Positions 57,062-64,000 of a stretch of DNA of 64,000 nucleotides are shown here, piece by piece; positions within the stretch are counted from its first letter, which is position 1, and every line of letters starts with the position of its first letter. The position numbers were made by a program, and so were the translations under genes. Source of the DNA: an uncultured bacterium (GTDB taxonomy: Bacteria > Acidobacteriota > Aminicenantia > Aminicenantales > Saccharicenantaceae); NCBI GenBank assembly GCA_963827635.1, contig CAWHBV010000023.1, positions 4,840-68,839 on the forward strand. Reading direction: 5' to 3'. The notes beneath the pieces were generated by a model. The model was not told where the DNA came from. It saw only the letters and a program-made list of their open reading frames with translations, and did not search any database.

Positions 57062-58853
57062 ATGTCCGACGCCGAAGTGACCACTCTCAGCCGTCTTTTC
57101 CTCCGTTCCTGCCGGACTTACAAAAAGCCCGACCGGATGGTGTTCAAGCGGGCGGGGATCTGGGAGAAGATCTCCACGGACGAGGTCGAAACGGCCGTCC
57201 GGCGCCTGTCCCTCGGTTTCCGGGAGCTCGGCCTGAAGGCCGGCGACCGGGTCGCCATCATCTCCGAGAACAGGCCCGAGTGGGTCATGGCCGACTTCGC
57301 GGCGCTCTGCGCCGGCGCCGTCACCGTCCCCATCTACACGTCGCTCATGCCCGACCAGATCCGCTACATCCTCGAGGACTCGGGGGCCAAGATCGTCGTC
57401 GTCTCGGACCTCGACCTCTACGCCAAGATCGAGGCCGTCCGGAGCGTGCTCCCGGCCCTCGAGCGGGTCATCGTCGTCGAGGGCGATCCTCCGGCCGGGA
57501 CGCACGCCCTGTCGGACATCGTGGAGATGGGCCGCCGCGCCGAGGCCGGCGATCCCGGGTGGTTCGAGAGGTCGGTCGAGGCGGTCCGGCCCGGGGACCT
57601 CGCCTCCATCATCTACACCTCGGGGACGACGGGGCTGCCCAAGGGCGTCATGCTCAGCCACATCAATTTCGTCAGCAACGTCCGGTCCCTCACCGAGTTC
57701 ATCGATTTCTGCGAGACCGACACCGGCCTGTCGTTCCTGCCCCTGTCCCACGTCCTCGAACGCACGGCCACGTTCCTCCTCTTCGACGTCGGGTCGGCCA
57801 TGGCCTACGCCGAGAGCGTCGAGGCCCTGGCTGCGAACATGGTCGAGGTCCGGCCGACCATCGTCGTCAGCGTCCCCCGCGTCTTCGAGAAGATCTATGC
57901 CCGGGTCATGGACCAGGTTTTGGCCGGCTCGCGCCTCAAGCGGGCGATCTTCGTCTGGGGCCTGGCGACGGGGAAGAAGTATGTGGCGAGAAAGATCGCC
58001 GGCGAGCCCGTCCCGGCCCACCTGGCTTTCAAGCACGCCTTGGCGAAGAAGCTCGTCTTCTCCAAGATCACCGCCAAGACCGGCGGCCGGATCCGGTACT
58101 TCATCTGCGGCGGGGCCCCCCTCTCGAGGGACATCGCCGAGTTCTTCCACGCCGTGGGCCTCAAGGTCATGCCGGGATACGGGCTGACGGAGACCTCCCC
58201 CGTCCTCACGGGCAGTGCCGTGGGCAAGGTCCGCTTCGGGACCGCGGGCAAGCTCATTCCCCGGGTCGAGCTCCGCATCGCCGAGGACGGCGAGATCCTG
58301 GCCCGCGGCCCCAACGTCATGATGGGGTACTACAAGAACGAGGCCGACACCCGGGAGGCCCTGAAGGACGGCTGGCTCCACACGGGCGACATCGGCCGGT
58401 TCGACGAGGACGGGTTCCTGATCATCACCGACCGCAAGAAGGACATCATCGTCACGTCGGGCGGCAAGAACGTCGCCCCCCAACCCATCGAGAGCCTCAT
58501 CCTGGCCAGCCCCTACATCGCCGGCGCGGTCGTGGTGGGCAGCAGCCGCAAGTTCATCTCGGCCCTGGTCGTGCCGGATCACGAAAAGCTCGAGAAGCTC
58601 GCCCGGGCCAAGGGCTGGAGAGTTCGAGGACCGGACCGGCCTCAGCCGCAGTCCCGAGGCGGCCGCGTTCCTGCTCGACGAGGTCAACCGGATGACGCCC
58701 GACCTGGCCTCCTACGAACGGATCAAGAAGATCGCCGTCCTCGACCGCGATTTCGAGATCGACGCGGGCGAGGTCACGCCGACCCTCAAGATCAAACGGA
58801 ACATCGTCGAGAAGAAGTACGCCGCTCTCATCGACTCCCTGTACCGGGACTGA
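57062..58853 (+). pseudogene. fadD: long-chain-fatty-acid--CoA ligase (AMP-dependent synthetase), +1 frameshift near 58613
   Basis: IIYTSGTTGLPKGV, YGLTETS and GWLHTGDIG...ITDRKKDIIVTSGGKNVAP are present. The C-terminal part EFEDRTGLSRSPEAAAFLLDEV...GEVTPTLKIKRNIVEKKYAALIDSLYRD (stop 58851-58853) lies in the next frame. Confidence 0.85.
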
Positions 58854-58972
58854 CGGCGGCGGGAGCGCGCGCGTCTTTTCCGGCCGTTCGCCGGCCGAGG
58901 GCGGCCCGGTTGCTATCTCCGGCCGTCTGGGTTAAACCATAGAAGAGTTCGCCGCTTGGGAGGAGTACGCCC

Positions 58973-61702
58973 ATGAGACATCGAACGATGACCTGGTCCA
59001 CGACGGTCTTTCTGGCCACGGTCCTCTTGGCCCCGCGGCCCATTCCGGGGGCGTCACAGGACATGCTCGAAAAGCTCGTTCGTGTCTCCGGGCCGGTCCC
59101 GGCGGCAGCGGCCGGTCCGGCTGCGGTCGAACACCGGGGCCGGTTCAGCGGCTACACCAACTTCTGGCAGACGAGCGCCTGGAGCTGGCACCAGCACGGC
59201 AACCTCTTCCTCATCGGCCAGCCGGACGTCGCGCAGGCCATCGCCCAGAACAAGGCCGACATCGCCGAGGAGCTCGGCCTGCCGGGGCTCGTCCTCGACG
59301 AGGGGTTTCTCGAAGCCTGGCTCCGTTCCGATCCGGCGGAGATCATGGATCCGGATGCCGGAATCTTGAGCGCCGCGCTCGAACGGGGCGACGTCCTGGT
59401 CTGGCTCGAAGCGGGAAGCCCGCTCGGCCGGAAGCTCCTGGAAAAGGCCCCCGGGCTTCTCGAGGATCGGGCCGCCTTCGGCAGCCATCAGTCCCGGGGC
59501 GTCGATTTCCGCGAGCTGGCCGCGTTCGCGCTCGCGGCGGGCGATCGCCGCCTCTTCGCGGTCGTCTCCGACGGCGCCGGAGGCCGGAGCCGATTCGAAG
59601 AGCTCCTCGCGGGGGTCCGGGACACCGTCCGCCGCTACGACCTCCACCGCGGCTGGTTCGGCACCGGGACGCTGCTCCACAGCGTCACCTGCCATCCCGG
59701 CCATCCGCTCGAGGTCATCGGGCAAGGGCTCGGCCAGGGCAACGACTGGTTCACGTTCGGCGGCTACATGGACTTCATGATGCGGGAACAGCTGCCGGCC
59801 TGGCTGGAGAAGGTGGGGCTCGGCGACGTCGCGGTCGACGTCGGCACGGGCAAGGCCTCGCACAGCCTGGGCTCCGTGGCCTACGGCCTGCGGAGCTACG
59901 ACGGATTGAAGATCCAGGACATGCCGACCGAAGAGGAGTGGATCCGCTTCGTCAAGGACCGCGGGGGCCACGTCTTCAGGCCGGTCTACGCGCCGGAGTG
60001 CGACAAATTCGCCTACGACGGGCAGATCGCGATCGACGGCAACAAGAAGCAGATCGACACGGAGGACGTGCCCTTCATCCTTCCGACCGGCCTCATCAAG
60101 GAAGAGCCGCCGGCGGCGATGGTCCTCTTCGCGGAGAAGGGACGGCGGTTCGGCAGGGATGAAATGTGGCGGGCCATCCTCGACCGGCGGGCCGTCGGGA
60201 TCCTGCCTCCCGGCCGGATGATGGGCCCGGCGCCCTACCGCAGCGTTCTGCAGATGCTACTTCTCGACCGCGTCTTCCTGGAGAACCTCTTCGGGGACAG
60301 GGTCCGGCTCGAAGCGACGGTCGAAGGCTATGACCTCCGGGTCCGTCTGGCCAACTTCGGTGCGGCGGCCCTCGAAGGTCAGATCGTGGTCCGGCCCGCG
60401 CCCGGGGTCTCAGTCGGGACGAAGGCCGCCGAGGTCAGGCTGCCGCCGGGGACCGAGCAGGCTTTCTCGTTCGCCCTCACGCCTTCGGCCGCGGCCATGG
60501 GCGCGGTCGCAGCCCGTCCTCGTCGAGGCCCGCTGGAAGGACGGCCGGAAAAGGACGCTCGCCGTCCTCGATCTGCCGCCGGCCGTGTCCGTGCACAAGC
60601 TCCTCTACGGGACGGCTCCGGAGGTCATCTATCCCGTTTCTATCCACAACTTTACGAAGTCGTCGCGCTATCCGGTCGAGGTCAGGGTCTACGCCAAGGA
60701 CCGGCCGGCGGAGCCGGTGCTCGCGACGGCTCTGACGGGCGGGGCCGCGACGGGCGGACACCAGTCCCTCGAGTTCCGCCTGCCCGCTCCGGCCCGGCTC
60801 CTATACGGTCAGGACCACCGCATTGGGGATCTCGAGCGAGACCCAGCTCGGCGTCGGCGAGGCGGCCGGGAAGGTCACGGTGACCCCGGTCGACATCGAC
60901 GGCGACGGGCTCCTGGAATACCGGCTGGAGAACGACAAGGTCAAGAGTCACGCTGCTCGCGATCGGGGCCCGGGTCATCGAGTACGTCGTCAAAGAGAGG
61001 AACGACAACGTCCTGTTCAAGCTCTGGCCGGAGAAGGAGCATAGCGACCGGCGGCCCTTCCGCGAGCGCGGTTTCTATCCCTACGGCGGTTTCGAGGATT
61101 TCCTCGGCCAGGCCTCGATCGAGACCCACAAGATCTATGCCGCCGAGGTCGTCCGGGACGGCGGGACGTCGGCCTCGGTCCGGATGACGGCGGATTATTA
61201 CGGCAACCGGATGGAGAAGATCTTCACGCTCGACGGCGACTCCCCTCTCCTCGAGGTCCGCTTCGCGCTCGAGTTCCGCAATCCCGAGCTGAACATGCTC
61301 GGGCCGCAGCCCATCCTCGCCCTCGGCGAGGAACACGGACCGGAGGACGTGTTCGTCGTCCCGGCGAAGTCGGGGCGCCGCGAGGTCCGGATGAGGCCGG
61401 AGGAATATTTCGGCGAGGTCTTCCATCTCTCGAAAGAGGGTTGGAACGCGGGGCGCGACACCGCCGCCGACGTCTCGTTCGTCGGGGCCTTCCCGGTGAG
61501 CGAGCCGGAGTTCCTCCACATGTGGATGAACCACCCGTCCAACGGCGAGTCGGCCCACTACTACGCCGAGTTCCAGCCCTGGGTGCCCATCTTCCGGAAA
61601 ACGGTCCGCTACTTCTCGTACTATCTCTGGGGCGCCGCCGGCCCCTGGGAAAAGGGACTGGACGAGCTGCGGCGGCGGAACCTCGTCACAACGGCGAAGT
61701 GA
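58973..61702 (+). pseudogene. large secreted hypothetical protein (~909 aa), three +1 frameshifts (near 60503, 60795, 60946)
   Basis: A signal peptide is followed by four collinear pieces in successive frames: ...LTPSAAAMG, RSQPVLVEARWKDGRKR...LEFRLPAPA, GSYTVRTTALGI...LEYRLENDKVK, and VTLLAIGARVIEYVVKERNDNVLF...RRRNLVTTAK. All have strong GC3 bias. Confidence 0.55.
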
Positions 61703-61720
61703 TCTCGAAGAGGCCCGGGA

Positions 61721-62816
61721 TCAACCCCTGGCCTTCTTGATCTTCTTCGAGGCCGCCTTGAGCTGGGGCAGCTTGGCGACCTGGCCGGGCTTGAAGGGAT
61801 TCCAGATCGTGCAGAGGTGGCCGAGGACCTTGTCCGACGGCACGGCGAGCGACTGGTCGATGAACCGGTTCACGGCCTCGACGTTCCGGAAGCTCGTCGG
61901 AAGCACCCGGAAGCCCTTCTCGACGAAGATCGCCGGCGAGGGGAAGGTCGACTTGGGCGTCGGTCTGGAGGGGGTATTTCGGCTCGTAGTGCCAATCGCA
62001 CATGATGATGTCCTTGGGGATCATGTCGATGGCCTTGTCGGTGCCGTTCATGGACGCCTCCCAGAGGCCGTAGCCGGTGGCCTTCCCGTCGAGGAGCCGG
62101 TCGGCCCACATCATCATCTCCTTGCCGCGCTTGCGCACGATGTGGTCGTGGGCGTCGTTGACGGCCCGGGCGAAGAGCTCGGCCGTGGGCTTCCCGGCGC
62201 AGCGGGGGCAGTCGGCGTCGGCGATGATGAAGACCTCGTCCATGCCGATGTGGAGGGCGTCGGCCTCGAAGACGTCGAGAAGCTCGTCGTAGAGATCGTT
62301 GACGATCGGCAGGAGGTCGGGGTGGAGCGGGCACCAGCTCCGGCAGTAGAATTCCGTGCCCCAGGGATCGGTGCCCTTGTTGCCGGGGTATTTATTCGGC
62401 GTCTCGTCGAGCTGGGGGTACTTGACGAGAAGCGGGAAGGTCTTCTCGGCCCAGGATTGGTGGCCGAGGCTCTGGAACTGCGGCACGAGGCGGATCCCCC
62501 GCGAGCGGCACGCCGCGAGGAGCGCCTTGACGGTCTCCTTCCGGATCGGATTCTCCATCTTCAGCTCGGGGTGAGAGGCGTAATCGTACCAGTAATCGAC
62601 CTCCGCGATGAGGAGGTTGACGCCGCGTTTCGCCAGGGCCGGGACCTCGCCGATGAGGACCCGGGCGTCGGCGTCCGTCTCCATGATGGCGTGCATGCCG
62701 AGAACGAGAGGGCGTTTCGCGGCGGGGACGACGGCCGCCGGCTTCGGCGCGCAGGAAGAGAGGGCGACGGCCAGGGCCAAGAGGATCGGGACGGCTCGGC
62801 GGACGCAACGGTTCAT
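61721..62816 (-). pseudogene. GH20-like glycoside hydrolase lipoprotein, +1 frameshift in the G5 run at 61970-61974
   Basis: ATG at 62816 follows GGAGGAGG. Lipobox ALSSC. LHIGMDEV fits the HxGxDE catalytic motif. After ...DWHYEPKYP the C-terminus SRPTPKSTFPSPAIFVEKGFRVLPTSFRNVEAVNRFIDQS...KKARG continues in the next frame (ORF 61721-61906). Confidence 0.6.
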
Positions 62817-63031
62817 CGAAGGACCTCCTCCATCGGAATTGACCTCAAGGATAGTATGGGAGCCGGCTCTTGGCAAGCGCGGGAGCCGAGGGACAGGCAC
62901 CCGGGGCACAGAGCCTTCGGGCAGTCCCGGACTTTGAGGGGCGTGTCCCCGTGTCCCCGTATTTTTCTGGCGACGGCGGGCAGGAAACTGATACACTGGG
63001 GCGAACAGAGCCTTCGGAAAGGAGTTCGCCC

Positions 63032-63733
63032 ATGCGCCTGAAGCCCAGTCTCGTTGTTGTCATCGCCATAGCCATCGTCAGCGTCTTTGCCTGCCGGCAG
63101 GCCGAAAAACCTGCAGCGCCGGCCCCGGCCGCTCCGGAGCCCGCCTGGACCGACCTCTTCGCCGCCGACCTCTCGAACGCCGAATTCCCGGCCGGGATCT
63201 GGACGGTCGCCGACGGCGTCATGACCGCCTCCGAGGACCAGGCCATCTGGACCAATAGGGACTACGAGAACTTCGTCCTCGACCTCGACTTCATGACCGC
63301 GCCGGGGACGAACAGCGGCGTCATCGTCTATTGCTCGGACATGGCCGACTGGATCCCGAATTCCGTCGAGATCCAGATCGCCGACGACTTCGCCGAGGAG
63401 TGGGCCAAGGAGCCGGCCACCTGGCACTGCGGCGCGATCTTCGGCCACCTGGCCCCGACGAAGAGCGCCGTCAAGCCGGCCGGGGAATGGAACCACTTCA
63501 CGATCACCTGCGCCGGGAAGAGGATCACCGTCGTCCTCAACGGGGAGACGGTCACGGACATGGACATGGCCTTCTGGACGTCGGCCAAGACCAATCCCGA
63601 CGGGAGCGAGATCCCGTCCTGGCTGAGCCGGCCCTTCGCGGAGCTCGCGACGAAGGGCCGGATCGGCTTCCAGGGCAAGCACGCCGGCGCCCCGATCTAT
63701 TTCCGGAACATCCGGATCAGACCGGCGAGCTGA
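63032..63733 (+). CDS. DUF1080 (3-keto-disaccharide hydrolase-like) domain lipoprotein
   Basis: ATG at 63032 follows AAAGGAG. Lipobox VFAC. Family-typical motifs: WTVADGVMTA, YENFVLDLDF, NSGVIVY, GEWNHFTITCAGKRITVVLNG and IGFQGKHAGAPIYFRNIRI. Confidence 0.8.
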   Translation: MRLKPSLVVVIAIAIVSVFACRQAEKPAAPAPAAPEPAWTDLFAADLSNAEFPAGIWTVADGVMTASEDQAIWTNRDYENFVLDLDFMTAPGTNSGVIVYCSDMADWIPNSVEIQIADDFAEEWAKEPATWHCGAIFGHLAPTKSAVKPAGEWNHFTITCAGKRITVVLNGETVTDMDMAFWTSAKTNPDGSEIPSWLSRPFAELATKGRIGFQGKHAGAPIYFRNIRIRPAS

Positions 63734-63746
63734 GGGGTATTTGGCT

Positions 63747-63821
63747 CTTAGGCTTCATCTTCGTTTTTGACGGCAAAAACAGCGGTTTTGGCCCCCTGGA
63801 GGCCAAAATATCAGGCCTAAG
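63747..63821 (+). other. nested three-helix structured element in an AT-rich intergenic region
   Basis: The outer stem CTTAGGC (63747-63753)/GCCTAAG (63815-63821) encloses two hairpins: GTTTTTG (63763-63769)/CAAAAAC (63774-63780) and TTTTGGCC (63786-63793)/GGCCAAAA (63801-63808). Confidence 0.4.
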
Positions 63822-63878
63822 TTGTTGATTTAAAAATTGATTTCTGTGGTCCGACCCCGAAGAGCCGGGCCCGGAGGC

Positions 63879-64000
63879 TACGCCTCGTCCCCGAGCAGGT
63901 CCTTGAGGAATCTCTTCGCGGCGCGGGAGCGTCCGGCCGCGCCCGCGCCCGGCTCCCACCGGTAGCGCTTCAGATCGATCCTCCCGTCCCGGCCGACCGC
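63879..64000 (-). CDS. 3' end of an unidentified gene (5' part outside the window)
   Basis: The frame is open from the window edge and reads ...AVGRDGRIDLKRYRWEPGAGAAGRSRAAKRFLKDLLGDEA, ending at a stop (complement of 63879-63881). GC3 bias is consistent with coding. I recognise no family. Confidence 0.3.

Noticed and set aside
63747-63821. tRNA or tRNA-like gene
   Set aside because: The arm lengths and loops do not fit a cloverleaf. There is no GTTC-type T-loop and no 7-nt anticodon loop.

Overview
GC-rich bacterial chromosomal segment; third codon positions are almost always G or C. The gene content looks Acidobacteriota-like: TIGR03436-type VWA proteins, a GWxTD protein, a CarboxypepD_reg-type TonB-dependent receptor, CBM9/DUF5916-like outer-membrane barrels and many secreted metallopeptidases. 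I support about 55 protein-coding genes and no rRNA, tRNA, CRISPR array, transposase or integrase.

Recognisable blocks:
- ftsH-folP-cdaA-cdaR-glmM-pdxJ (1-4806).
- A roughly 6.2 kb tungstate-uptake and molybdopterin-cofactor operon, tupABC-moeA-moaC-MOSC-moaA-mog (9435-15631). A promoter and a candidate Moco-type riboswitch precede it.
- An RHH/RelE toxin-antitoxin pair on a small AT-rich islet (17434-17977).
- A peptidase-rich stretch: M14, two M28, an AstE-like deacylase, M3 Dcp and an M20 amidohydrolase.
- A three-gene poly-gamma-glutamate locus, pgsB-pgsC plus a PGA system protein, behind a GWxTD gene (29300-32706).
- Two tandem divergent VWA paralogs that share a 112-bp identical 3' end, followed by a TonB-dependent receptor (32872-40858).
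- tyrS, a parvulin PPIase, an aldo/keto reductase-ferredoxin fusion, fadD, and GH20-like and DUF1080 genes.

The most pervasive anomaly is about 27 single-base frame disruptions, almost all +1 insertions. They split otherwise well-conserved genes and cluster unevenly. I cannot tell assembly error from real decay using sequence alone, so these genes are typed pseudogene with the corrected span given.

I see no obvious defence island or clearly novel multi-gene system. The most interesting leads are:
- the riboswitch candidate;
- the conversion tract and (GGGAA)5 repeat in the VWA pair;
- the pgsA-less PGA locus, whose pgsB lacks a canonical start codon;
- an EIIA/zinc-ribbon fusion;
- an unannotated 51-codon membrane ORF coupled between a permease and a deacylase;
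- an AT-rich structured leader in front of the TonB-dependent receptor.
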